From a virus (taxonomy: Duplodnaviria; Caudoviricetes): a stretch of DNA of 64,000 nucleotides. Below, one piece after another: positions 31,742 to 39,986 of this stretch. Position 1 is the stretch's first letter, and the number at the start of each line of letters is the position of its first letter. The translations under genes and the position numbers were made by a program. The notes beneath the pieces were generated by a model. The model did not search any database. It was not told the origin of the DNA and saw only the letters and a program-made list of their open reading frames with translations. The stretch covers positions 23,752-87,751 of IMG/VR virus record IMGVR_UViG_3300023259_000001; one strand, 5' to 3'.

Positions 31742-32238
31742 GCCGTCTCCCCCTCGCCCGCTCGCCCCATCGCCCGCTCGCTTTCTTCCCACTGCTCCCG
31801 TGTCAATTCGTATGCTACCAGACCCGGGAACCAGTTTTTGAGCCGCATCCCCACGCGCTTGTTGAACGCACGGGCCGGGTAATTCGTGGCTTTCACCAGC
31901 CCAATGATGTAAGCATAGCCTTCCTGCCCGAGTATGATCGCCATCACCTGCCGGGCCGCCTCGTCCAGGTACCCTTTACCCCAAGCCCAGCGCGCGCTGA
32001 CCACGTAAGCCTGGAGGGCCATCGTACCGCAGTCTTCCATAATGATGGCGCCGGCGAGCGAGCCGTCGTCTGAGCGCACGGCCCAACTGCGAGACGCCCC
32101 CAGCCGTTCGCGCATCTGCGCCTCGAACGTAGGCCAGTCGGCTGGGAATTCCGGCGCGCGCGCGATCGCGGGGACCGACGCCAGCCACTGGTAGAGATCT
32201 GGGATTGATTCGAGGGGGAACGGTTCGGAGATGGTCAT
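31738..32238 (-). CDS. GNAT-fold protein (P22 gp14-like position)
   Basis: RWAWGKGY, GLVKATNYPARAFNKRVG. Confidence 0.75.
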   Translation of the reverse strand: MTISEPFPLESIPDLYQWLASVPAIARAPEFPADWPTFEAQMRERLGASRSWAVRSDDGSLAGAIIMEDCGTMALQAYVVSARWAWGKGYLDEAARQVMAIILGQEGYAYIIGLVKATNYPARAFNKRVGMRLKNWFPGLVAYELTREQWEESERAMGRAGEGETA

Positions 32239-32429
32239 CTGGACCCCATCGACCGGCCCAGCCAGCCGCCGGCTGCGCCCGCTAATCCTTCCGCCCCGGG
32301 CCAGCCCAGCTTCCACATTGCGAGGGCCACGGCCAGGGCGATGAAGCTGATTACGACGTGCCCGGCTTCGCGTTCGACGAAATCAGCCAGGGAGAATTCC
32401 CCGGAGACGAGCAGCAGATTGATTTTCAT
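32235..32429 (-). CDS. Small membrane protein (holin-like)
   Basis: Hydrophobic VVISFIALAVALAMW; coupled ATGA. Confidence 0.45.
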   Translation of the reverse strand: MKINLLLVSGEFSLADFVEREAGHVVISFIALAVALAMWKLGWPGAEGLAGAAGGWLGRSMGSR

Positions 32430-32590
32430 AATGCGCAATAGATCCCGTGGCATCCGTAGCCCACAGCCACAGGGCGTCCTCATAGTTGAAATCGAAGTCG
32501 TCACAGCCCGTCTCCGTGTCGATTGAGTTGGGCGTGTCCATGAGGCAATCCCCGGCAATGTGAGCAATCTAAAGCGGCGGTTTCGATTAC

Positions 32591-34033
32591 TCACTGCAGG
32601 TAAGGGCGCGGCGCTGGAGGCGATCCACCCGCCGCCGCTTGCGACTGGAGTGCCCCTATATCCAGGTATCCGGTACCAAACGGAGTCACGCCAGGGAATC
32701 CCGCAGCCTTGAGCGCCGCGCCGCCGCCCACTGTCGAGTTGAGCGCAAAGTTTGGTGTGGCTGTGTTAGTAAAAGGATTTGCCGTAAGGGTGACATCACT
32801 CGAATTGATGCCCGCTACCCAGTTTGTATATGGGGCTGTGCTTTGATTCCCGTAAGCATTCGATTGAGAAAACGCCATTGCTGGAACCCCTCCCCCGAAC
32901 GAAACGCCGTAAGTGCCTCCCCAGAAAATGTTATTCTCGATGATCGCCGCTGCTGGGGAACTGGACGGCGGATCGTAGACGTTTTCATTCGTTTGCCCAT
33001 AAAAGTCGTTTCCTATCAGTATGAGCGAAAGCAATCCTCTGGCTTGAGCGTAAACCCCCCGGCCGTTTCCATTGAAAACATTGCCCTGGATAATCCACCG
33101 CTGGGAGTTGCTGAAATTTGAGTCATAAACGCCCGCCGCCCCTCCGGTGAAGTAGTTGTTAAGCACCACTACTGGAGCATTATTGCCCCCCGAATCATTG
33201 ACACCGTATGCCGTGGAATTCAGCAAAAACCTTGAGTTCATAACGAGTTCGGATATGTCAGTGCGCCCGTCGAAGTTATTGACGGCATATCCCGCAGCTA
33301 CGGCAGTAAGGTCGAAGATGCAGCCGTAGATAACCGTTCTTTGGTTGCTCCCATTCGCTACGATGCTCCCACTTGCCGCACCAGTGAAGGACATGCGTAA
33401 ATTGATGAGCCTATCCGAAGAATTCCCCTCTCCTAAACTGAAGATGGAGGTAGAAGCGGTTGAAGTTGTGATTAAGGGCGGTGTGCCGAAATCACCATGC
33501 GTCGCTGCATACCCCTCGTACGTCTCTCCATTCTGGCTGTTAGTTATCACGCTGGTGACTACGTAGGTACCGCTCTTTATCCAAATGGTGTTGCCGCCTG
33601 TTGCCTGTGGCGGGCTTGCATTTGCATGGGCTATTGTCAGAAAACTGCCGCCAAGCACCGCCGTGCAGACGCTTGCCGCCGTGCCTAGGCTTCGATCCAC
33701 CGTTGCCGTGATCGTGGCATTCGACAGGATCTCAAAGGTTCCCGTGGTGCATCCCGTGCCCCCCGTGATAACCAGGGTGTTGCCAGGGAGCGCCGAGGAA
33801 ACCACGTTCAAGACGCTGGTGTAGGTTGAGGTGGTGGCTCCTACCACCAGATCGGTGTACGTGATTTGAGGCGAGTTCTGTTGACTGTAATCCGTCCCAG
33901 GTACGGAGACGCCAGGGTCGAAGCCCCCGGAGTTGGAATCGCTGCCCGTGGTGCGGACATCCCATTGCATTGTTGCCGAGATGCCCCCGAAGGCAGGCAG
34001 TGCCAGGGCGAGAAGCAGAATCAGTTTACGCAT
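32591..34033 (-). CDS. Signal-peptide-bearing parallel beta-helix (pectate-lyase-like) tailspike/fibre protein
   Basis: MRKLILLLALALPAFG-G; repeated I.NN.F..N..GVY coils; C-terminal DIGALQ. Confidence 0.7.
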   Translation of the reverse strand: MRKLILLLALALPAFGGISATMQWDVRTTGSDSNSGGFDPGVSVPGTDYSQQNSPQITYTDLVVGATTSTYTSVLNVVSSALPGNTLVITGGTGCTTGTFEILSNATITATVDRSLGTAASVCTAVLGGSFLTIAHANASPPQATGGNTIWIKSGTYVVTSVITNSQNGETYEGYAATHGDFGTPPLITTSTASTSIFSLGEGNSSDRLINLRMSFTGAASGSIVANGSNQRTVIYGCIFDLTAVAAGYAVNNFDGRTDISELVMNSRFLLNSTAYGVNDSGGNNAPVVVLNNYFTGGAAGVYDSNFSNSQRWIIQGNVFNGNGRGVYAQARGLLSLILIGNDFYGQTNENVYDPPSSSPAAAIIENNIFWGGTYGVSFGGGVPAMAFSQSNAYGNQSTAPYTNWVAGINSSDVTLTANPFTNTATPNFALNSTVGGGAALKAAGFPGVTPFGTGYLDIGALQSQAAAGGSPPAPRPYLQ

Positions 34034-34034
34034 G

Positions 34035-35024
34035 TCAGTTGGCCGCCACTTTCAGTTCGATTTGCAGGCCGGTCACCGTCGATGGGCTGGTCAGGTAGAA
34101 GCAAAACCAGGAGTCAGCCGTAACCGTCGTGGTCCACCCGGTCAGGGTGGTGTCGCCACCAGCGCCATTCTGCGTTGCCGAGGACAGCGCCGGGGTGTCG
34201 GACGCCGTAATTGTGCTGGTGCTCGCCGGTCCCGTCCAACTCGCCAGCGCCACGGTGCGGACGTCCACGGTTGCCGAGCCGGAAGGATAGCCTGCGAGCA
34301 GTGCGCGCACGATGGTGCCTGAGAACGGGACCTCCACACAAGACTGAGCCGCTGCCGATAGCGCCGTGGCCGTCGAGGTCATGTCTCCAAAGCTGGTGCC
34401 GATGGTGCGAATCTTCTGGTTTGTCGTAGAAACCGGGAGCGCCACGGCGGTGTAGCATGGGTTCGGCGAGCCGCCGGTGGTGTACTCTACAATCTGTCCA
34501 TTGGTCGGGGTATACCCGGAGCAAAACGTCACGCCATCCAGGCCAATTACGGTAAACACGCCAGCGTTCGTCAGGCCGAGATCGCCCGAAGCCGCCACAT
34601 CGGCGGGAAGGTTGGACCCGTTGCCGACGTAAATGTGCGCCGAAGTCAGGGCGGCCGCGATGGGCTGTAGGCTGCTGTTCGAGCCGAGAACTTTCGCGGA
34701 GGTCGGGACCGCTCCGCCATTTACTTTCGCGACGCCGGGATTCGGATACGAGCCGGAAAGGTCGCCGCCTGCAGACCCACTCGGTGGACCGCCAGAGCCT
34801 GGGCCGATCAGCGTCCACGTATTCGTCGCCGTGCACACGTTGAGTCCCTTTGTTGCTCCCGACGTCGTAACCTGATACTGCTGTCCGACCGTGCAGGTGG
34901 CGGGGAGCGTCGCGCCGACGACAACGCCGGAGCCGCCCCCGCCCTGGCCAGGGTTCACGACTTGGGCGCGCATGCCCAGCGCCCCGAACAGTAGGAGCAA
35001 GGCGATAAGGTTGGATGTTTTCAT
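34035..35024 (-). CDS. Tail fibre/structural protein with signal-like leader
   Basis: MKTSNLIALLLLFGALGMRA-Q; AGGDLSGSYPNP motif. Confidence 0.7.
   Translation of the reverse strand: MKTSNLIALLLLFGALGMRAQVVNPGQGGGGSGVVVGATLPATCTVGQQYQVTTSGATKGLNVCTATNTWTLIGPGSGGPPSGSAGGDLSGSYPNPGVAKVNGGAVPTSAKVLGSNSSLQPIAAALTSAHIYVGNGSNLPADVAASGDLGLTNAGVFTVIGLDGVTFCSGYTPTNGQIVEYTTGGSPNPCYTAVALPVSTTNQKIRTIGTSFGDMTSTATALSAAAQSCVEVPFSGTIVRALLAGYPSGSATVDVRTVALASWTGPASTSTITASDTPALSSATQNGAGGDTTLTGWTTTVTADSWFCFYLTSPSTVTGLQIELKVAAN
34951..35024 (-). repeat. 74-bp leader cassette shared with 57457-57530
   Basis: 65/74 identical; encodes MKT.NLIALL.LF.ALGMRAQVVNP. Confidence 0.9.
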
Positions 35025-35028
35025 TTGG

Positions 35029-36114
35029 CTATCCGGTCCATCCTGAGTTGGTGACTGTAGTTGCGCCAGCCGGGGGGCAGATGGCAATCGAGCAATTCAC
35101 GGTTGCCGTAGCTCCGGGCGTATCCGTTACGGTGATCGAGAACAGGAACTTGTCCGCCGTCGTAGGCGTGCCGCTGATTACCCCGGTGCTGGTGTTGAGA
35201 GTGAGCCCCGGCGGCAGAATCCCGCCCGTCAAGGCGTACGTGTACGGCGGCGTCCCTCCGGCTGCCACGATGCCATGGCCCAAGCCTCCAGGCCCGTACG
35301 CGACTCCAATCGTGCCGTTTGGCGGGTTGTCGCAGTCGGCTTGCGGCGGTCCTCCAAGGTAGGGAAAATCACCGTAAGCCAAGCAGCCTGCGCAACCTGG
35401 GTCAGACGACCCGCCACCTGTCGGCTCAAAAGTCGTATTGATGAGCGTGCCGACCGCCCCCATCGTGAAGTACGGCGCCGTCGGGTTGTAGGGGTTGTAG
35501 TTCCCGCCAACCAGGAAGACATCGAGAAACTGGTTCACGAGCGCCAACGCGACGACGCTGGAATGGCACCGCGCGTTGTTAACCCCTACCGGAGTCATGG
35601 TCAGAATCACCACCCCGGTGTCGGAGCAATCCGCCCCGCCTATGGCTCCGTTGCTTGCCAACGCGCGGAATTCCATGGAAGAGTCGGCCACGCTGTAGCT
35701 GTTAAGCCGTTGACTTACCAAGGCTACCCCCGAAAATGCGAGGCCGGTGCCCCACACTTGGTAGAGGTCTGGGACTTCAAATTCGGCGACGATGACGCTA
35801 GGGCCGCTGTTGAAGCCCCCGCCCCCGCCCCACCCGTTGAATGTCACCGTGCAACTCCCGCCTACGATCTGTTGGGCGGCGTACAAAAAGCTGTTAGACG
35901 CGACATTCGTGATGTACCCTGCCCCCTGCGAATAGGCGGCATAGGTATTGCCTAAACTGTCGGTGACGCCCGTGGGGTAGGTGAAACCGTACCCGTTCGG
36001 ATATGCCCCAAAAAATGCGACGACTAGATTCCCGTAGGCGACCGGGCTTGCAAAAGTGGCTGAGCCGCTCCCGATGGACTTGGCCGTCTGCACGAGATTG
36101 AATGAGGCGCTCAT
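35029..36114 (-). CDS. Tail protein with C-terminal putative Ig (He_PIG-like) domain
   Basis: AAGGTPPYTYALTGGILPPGLTLNTSTGVISGTPT. Confidence 0.75.
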   Translation of the reverse strand: MSASFNLVQTAKSIGSGSATFASPVAYGNLVVAFFGAYPNGYGFTYPTGVTDSLGNTYAAYSQGAGYITNVASNSFLYAAQQIVGGSCTVTFNGWGGGGGFNSGPSVIVAEFEVPDLYQVWGTGLAFSGVALVSQRLNSYSVADSSMEFRALASNGAIGGADCSDTGVVILTMTPVGVNNARCHSSVVALALVNQFLDVFLVGGNYNPYNPTAPYFTMGAVGTLINTTFEPTGGGSSDPGCAGCLAYGDFPYLGGPPQADCDNPPNGTIGVAYGPGGLGHGIVAAGGTPPYTYALTGGILPPGLTLNTSTGVISGTPTTADKFLFSITVTDTPGATATVNCSIAICPPAGATTVTNSGWTG

Positions 36115-36869
36115 CCCTGGGTGGAAATCAGTAGGCCGATCACGGCGGTATAGAGTTGGGCTGGCGGCGCCGCCGGCAGCGGAGATGCCTGAAACTCAAC
36201 GAAATTCAAGGCGTGCGGATAGCCTACGGTGCAGTCCGTAACGGCTCCCGTTTCGAGCGTCCCCGTGTCTTCATACTGGATGCGCACGGCTGGGAGCACC
36301 CCCACGTAGTAGCTCGGGTACAAAGCCACCGACCACGTGCGCGCGATTCCGCTGCTGTCGCTGGAAGTGGTGTTGAGAAATGCCAGGAGGGTCGAATACC
36401 AGACTCCTCCGGAGGCGTTGTACATCGACTCCATGGTCAACGCAGATCCAGCGCTATAAGTGCCCTCAACGCCGTTGCCAGCTAACGCCGCTTGCAATAC
36501 CTGGAAGCCGATATTGCATGGAAAGCAGCCCGCTGGCGCGTACTCCAGGATTGTGAGCACCGGGGCCTGGGAGCCGCCAATGGGAGCAACGAGTCCAGCC
36601 ACTGTAACAGTGTTTCCCCCAGGCTTCAGGCTTGGGCAAACAAAGAGAGTCGAATAGCCAAAGTTGCTGAAATACCCAGGAAATTCATACCAGACGTTCC
36701 CATTCGTATCCGTGCAGCCGGATGGCCCCGCTCCCGTATCCGCGGTGATCCAGGCGATGCCGATATTCCGCGCCGTGTTGTTCGAAGGGAAGGCACAGGG
36801 CAAGGCAAGGCCAGACCCCGCTACTGCGTAGTACGCGACGTTGGCTTGGACGAACGTGACGCCCGGCAT
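36111..36869 (-). CDS. Tail/structural protein
   Basis: VTFVQAN...SNNTARNIGIAWI...CTDTNGNVW; resembles the N-terminus of the neighbouring gene. Confidence 0.65.
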   Translation of the reverse strand: MPGVTFVQANVAYYAVAGSGLALPCAFPSNNTARNIGIAWITADTGAGPSGCTDTNGNVWYEFPGYFSNFGYSTLFVCPSLKPGGNTVTVAGLVAPIGGSQAPVLTILEYAPAGCFPCNIGFQVLQAALAGNGVEGTYSAGSALTMESMYNASGGVWYSTLLAFLNTTSSDSSGIARTWSVALYPSYYVGVLPAVRIQYEDTGTLETGAVTDCTVGYPHALNFVEFQASPLPAAPPAQLYTAVIGLLISTQG

Positions 36870-37361
36870 TTAGGCCAGCTTCCCGCGCAGTTCGGCGAGC
36901 GCGCTCTTTTCCAGGTGCGAGATTTGGCCGGGCGTGACGTTGAAGGCGCGGCCCACCTCTTCCTGTGTCTGCTCGTCGTAGTAGCGCATTCGAATGACTT
37001 TGGCGAGCCGGGGCGGCAAACTGTCCACCGCGCTGCGGATCTCGGCGTGGAGTACTTCGGTCTCCTGATTGGCGTCCGTGCAGCGGCCGCGGCCTTCGTC
37101 CGATACGAATTGCGGCTGGGCTGAACCCGCGCGCTGCACTTCGTCCTCGCCGCGCAACTCGTCGATCACGCGCTGGCGGATGCGCCTCCACAGGAAGCCC
37201 CTGCGGTCGAAGCGGGCAGGGTCCCAGGTGGGGATTGCCTTCAGCAGCGCCACGTAAGCGCAACTGGCCAAGTCGTCGTCGGTGACGCGGAAAGGGATGC
37301 TCTTGCGTATCGAGCGGCCCGCGCCGCGCGCCAGGGCGATGTCCTCGGCTGTGATTGTCAC
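36870..37361 (-). CDS. Sigma70-family (FliA/WhiG-like) RNA polymerase sigma factor
   Basis: DDLASCAYVALLKAI..WDP.R....RIRQRVIDELR (region 2); LPPRLAKVIRMRYYDEQTQEEVG..FNVT..QISHLEKSAL (region 4). Confidence 0.85.
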   Translation of the reverse strand: MTITAEDIALARGAGRSIRKSIPFRVTDDDLASCAYVALLKAIPTWDPARFDRRGFLWRRIRQRVIDELRGEDEVQRAGSAQPQFVSDEGRGRCTDANQETEVLHAEIRSAVDSLPPRLAKVIRMRYYDEQTQEEVGRAFNVTPGQISHLEKSALAELRGKLA

Positions 37362-37723
37362 GGGGTGACTTCGAGGGTGCGATCCGATGCGCTGGACACA
37401 TTCAGGCGCGTCAACTGCGGCATGATGATGCAGCCCTCCGATGCGCTTTGATCGTGGCGCGAATTGTCGCCGTGCATGAAGAAGCCGCTTCGCCCGTGCA
37501 TTTCGTTGCTCGGGTCCGGAGTCAGCGGCATAGCCAGCGGGCCAAGGTGGTCGGGCGGATTCAGCGGATGGCCGACGGTGTAGATGCCTTGCGGCAGTGG
37601 CCCGCGGTCGATCACGTCCTGCATAGCCGGGTTGTTCAACCCCGCGCCATTTCCTGAATAGCCCGTGCCGAGCACCGCGCCGTCGTCGCCGGTCAGTTGC
37701 CCGGTGGTCTGCGAGTACTTCAT
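37358..37723 (-). CDS. Tlde1/DUF2778 L,D-transpeptidase-fold peptidoglycan enzyme
   Basis: GYSG.G...N...GPLPQG.Y...RSGFFMHGDN...SEGCII. Confidence 0.8.
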   Translation of the reverse strand: MKYSQTTGQLTGDDGAVLGTGYSGNGAGLNNPAMQDVIDRGPLPQGIYTVGHPLNPPDHLGPLAMPLTPDPSNEMHGRSGFFMHGDNSRHDQSASEGCIIMPQLTRLNVSSASDRTLEVTP

Positions 37724-38379
37724 AACGTGTTGAACTCCGGGTCGATAACCGCAGTCGGACCAAGGATCTGCGTGCACGCCTTGTACAGCTTCATCCGCAC
37801 CAGGTCCGCCGGCGACGTCGCCGAGAAGTCGCGATGCAGCGCCACCCCGGAGTTTTCGAAGATCGCCGTATCGTAGGCGCTACAGAACATGCGCCGGTAG
37901 GTCTCGCTCTGACACACGCGCGCGCCGATGAACGGGATGCTGCGCCAGAGGTAGGCGAAGTAGCCGGGGATGTCGTACTTGACGCTGCCGTTTTCGCACT
38001 TCGCGATGAAGGCCGTGAACTTGGTCCAGTCGATCTGGGCGCGCACTTCGTCGGAAATCGCTAGGTGCCAGGCGCAGGAGCCGGCCGCGGCATAATCTAC
38101 GGTGAGAACCTGTTCCAGCGGGTGCGTCTGCGGCCCCGAAATCTTCTTCTTGGTGACCGGATCGGTGAAGATGGTCGACTCCGTGACCCAGATCGCGGGC
38201 GACGGCTGTTTCGCCGCTTGCGGCCACGCCAACTGCTTCCTAACCATCGCCACATGCGATAGCTTCGATCCCGTGTAGCCGTCGATGATAAAGCTCAGCG
38301 GCGCGCGGCCGGCGAAAGCAATCACGTCGCCTGGCAGCATGTTCGGCGCCGCGGCGCGGTATTGGGTGAGGTCGTTCAT
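37720..38379 (-). CDS. Permuted NlpC/P60 papain-like amidase (YiiX/YebB-like)
   Basis: PGDVIAF...SHVAMV...TEST...MFCSAY (His precedes Cys). Confidence 0.75.
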   Translation of the reverse strand: MNDLTQYRAAAPNMLPGDVIAFAGRAPLSFIIDGYTGSKLSHVAMVRKQLAWPQAAKQPSPAIWVTESTIFTDPVTKKKISGPQTHPLEQVLTVDYAAAGSCAWHLAISDEVRAQIDWTKFTAFIAKCENGSVKYDIPGYFAYLWRSIPFIGARVCQSETYRRMFCSAYDTAIFENSGVALHRDFSATSPADLVRMKLYKACTQILGPTAVIDPEFNTL

Positions 38380-38612
38380 TTGTTCTTCCAGGGCGCGTCT
38401 GCCATAAAGCATTGGCCGTCCGCGCGGGCGGCCCATTCGACGTTCGGGTGCGAATCGGCCCAACACGTTGCCGGGGCCGTATCTTCCTGCGGGTGGCGAT
38501 AGCGGTGGATGCCGTCGGGCACACGGTGAGTGCATGCGGCGATGGCGGAAAGCGCCAACATGAGTCCGATGCAGCCTTTACGCCGGAGTTGCAGTTTCGT
38601 CATTGGGGCCAT
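38376..38612 (-). CDS. Small lipoprotein (o-spanin candidate)
   Basis: Basic N-terminus, hydrophobic stretch, lipobox-like AIAAC. Confidence 0.5.
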   Translation of the reverse strand: MAPMTKLQLRRKGCIGLMLALSAIAACTHRVPDGIHRYRHPQEDTAPATCWADSHPNVEWAARADGQCFMADAPWKNK

Positions 38613-38821
38613 TCTCCTGACGTTTCGACATCGCGCCAGAGCTTCGAGAGCAACTTGGCCTGCTTCACGTCGAATACGTGCTGCCGCAGCTTGCCGTCGA
38701 AATTCACCAACTCGCGGCCGAAGCGGTTCATGCGATCGGCGAATAGATCGCCCGACTCGACGGCACGCGCCGGCGCGGCGATAATCGCCAGGGCGAGCGC
38801 GGCGCGGCGCGTCATCGTCAT
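38600..38821 (-). CDS. Small exported protein with twin-Arg-like leader
   Basis: MTMTRRAALALAIIAAPARA-V; coupled start. Confidence 0.55.
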   Translation of the reverse strand: MTMTRRAALALAIIAAPARAVESGDLFADRMNRFGRELVNFDGKLRQHVFDVKQAKLLSKLWRDVETSGEWPQ

Positions 38822-39198
38822 ACGCCGAAGGTCATTTTGATCGGGACATTGAAGCTCTGCACCGTTCCAGACGAAGACGAAGGAGCCGCTGCGCCGGCGA
38901 TGCTGGCGGGCGCCTGCAACGTGCCAGCTTGCTTCATCTGGGAGAGCACGGCTTCGATAATTGCCGTGATCTCGGTGTCGGTGGGCGGCACCACGGGGGC
39001 GACTCCCGATGCTGAGAGGGGGTCGAGGAGCGCTTTGATCCCGCCGAGGACCCAGGACAATTTCGATTGGCCCGATAGCGGCTTGCTGAAAATGGTTTCG
39101 GCACGACCGATCAGGCTGGACACGAGCGGGCCGAGGGTGCCGACCGCGAATTGCACGGCGGTAAGGACTGCGGGGATTGCGACTACGGCTGCTGCCAT
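38818..39198 (-). CDS. Holin-like membrane protein
   Basis: Hydrophobic N-terminus, then AE.IF..P.SG..K..WV; lies in the lysis cluster. Confidence 0.5.
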   Translation of the reverse strand: MAAAVVAIPAVLTAVQFAVGTLGPLVSSLIGRAETIFSKPLSGQSKLSWVLGGIKALLDPLSASGVAPVVPPTDTEITAIIEAVLSQMKQAGTLQAPASIAGAAAPSSSSGTVQSFNVPIKMTFGV

Positions 39199-39357
39199 TT
39201 AACTTGCTCCTTGTTGCGTCTCTCGCATCTTCTTGTCGGCACAAGGCGTACACGCCGGCCGCGGTGTGCCGATCAAACTCGGGTAAACGGTATCGGCCGG
39301 CTTCCCACAGAACTGGCACCGCCTCATGGTATTCGGCTTGTCGCTGCAGCACCCCAT
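39199..39357 (-). CDS. Small Zn-finger protein (not in ORF track)
   Basis: MGCCSDKPNTMRRCQFCGKP...ACTPCADKK; fills the gap between neighbours. Confidence 0.55.
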   Translation of the reverse strand: MGCCSDKPNTMRRCQFCGKPADTVYPSLIGTPRPACTPCADKKMRETQQGAS

Positions 39358-39359
39358 CG

Positions 39360-39848
39360 CTACCCCTGCGTTTCAAGCACTGCCGTAAACCGCCAATCCG
39401 ATGAGCCAGACGTGATGTCGATCGAGAAAACATCGTTGTACGCGACCGGCAGTGGCGAGGTGGTCAGGTTTGTGAATTGGAATACCGTGTCTGCTGCCGT
39501 GTTGGCCGGGATGGTGGGGTCCGCCAGAAAGATATCGGACGGGTCATTCGCCAGGCCGGTGGCAAGCAGCGGAGCCTGATTGATGCGGAACGTCAATGCC
39601 ACCGACGGGTCCGAGGCCTGGATAACGACGGTTACCACGTTCGCGCTTGCAGCCCGCGGCGCCGGCAGCATCGGCCCGACGTTGGTTCCTGTCGCCCCGC
39701 TGTTCATGATGAAGCCGACGACTACCGTTGGGCCGCCCCCCTGGTTCTGGAAATACAGGTTCCAGGGCTGCGTCATGTTGCCCTGCGCGTCGAACATGGG
39801 CGTGCGGAGAGGCGCCAGGCGGTAGGTGGGTTGGGTGCCGAGGGCCAT
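39360..39848 (-). CDS. Podophage tail-associated protein
   Basis: APLRTPMFD..GNMTQPW..YF N-terminus; follows the gp10-like gene. Confidence 0.65.
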   Translation of the reverse strand: MALGTQPTYRLAPLRTPMFDAQGNMTQPWNLYFQNQGGGPTVVVGFIMNSGATGTNVGPMLPAPRAASANVVTVVIQASDPSVALTFRINQAPLLATGLANDPSDIFLADPTIPANTAADTVFQFTNLTTSPLPVAYNDVFSIDITSGSSDWRFTAVLETQG

Positions 39849-39910
39849 GGGAGTTGTCAGTCGCGGTATGCTGGGAGAGCCATGCGTGGCAGGCTCCGCG
39901 GCGTTGATCT

Positions 39911-39986
39911 GAAGCTGGCGCTTCCGCTGTCTTATGTGGCGGTGGTGGACGGTTCGATTCCGCCACGCCGCTTCGGAGCCAGCTTC
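39911..39986 (+). ncRNA. tRNA-like structured intergenic element (not a canonical tRNA)
   Basis: 9-bp closing stem GAAGCTGGC/GCCAGCTTC, T-loop GGTTCGATTCC, inner hairpin CCGCTG..TGGCGG; no D-arm or CCA. Confidence 0.35.

Noticed and set aside
39911-39986. Bona fide tRNA (possible UUA suppressor)
   Set aside because: No D-arm, no U33 or purine 37 in the loop, no acceptor CCA; kept only as a tRNA-like finding
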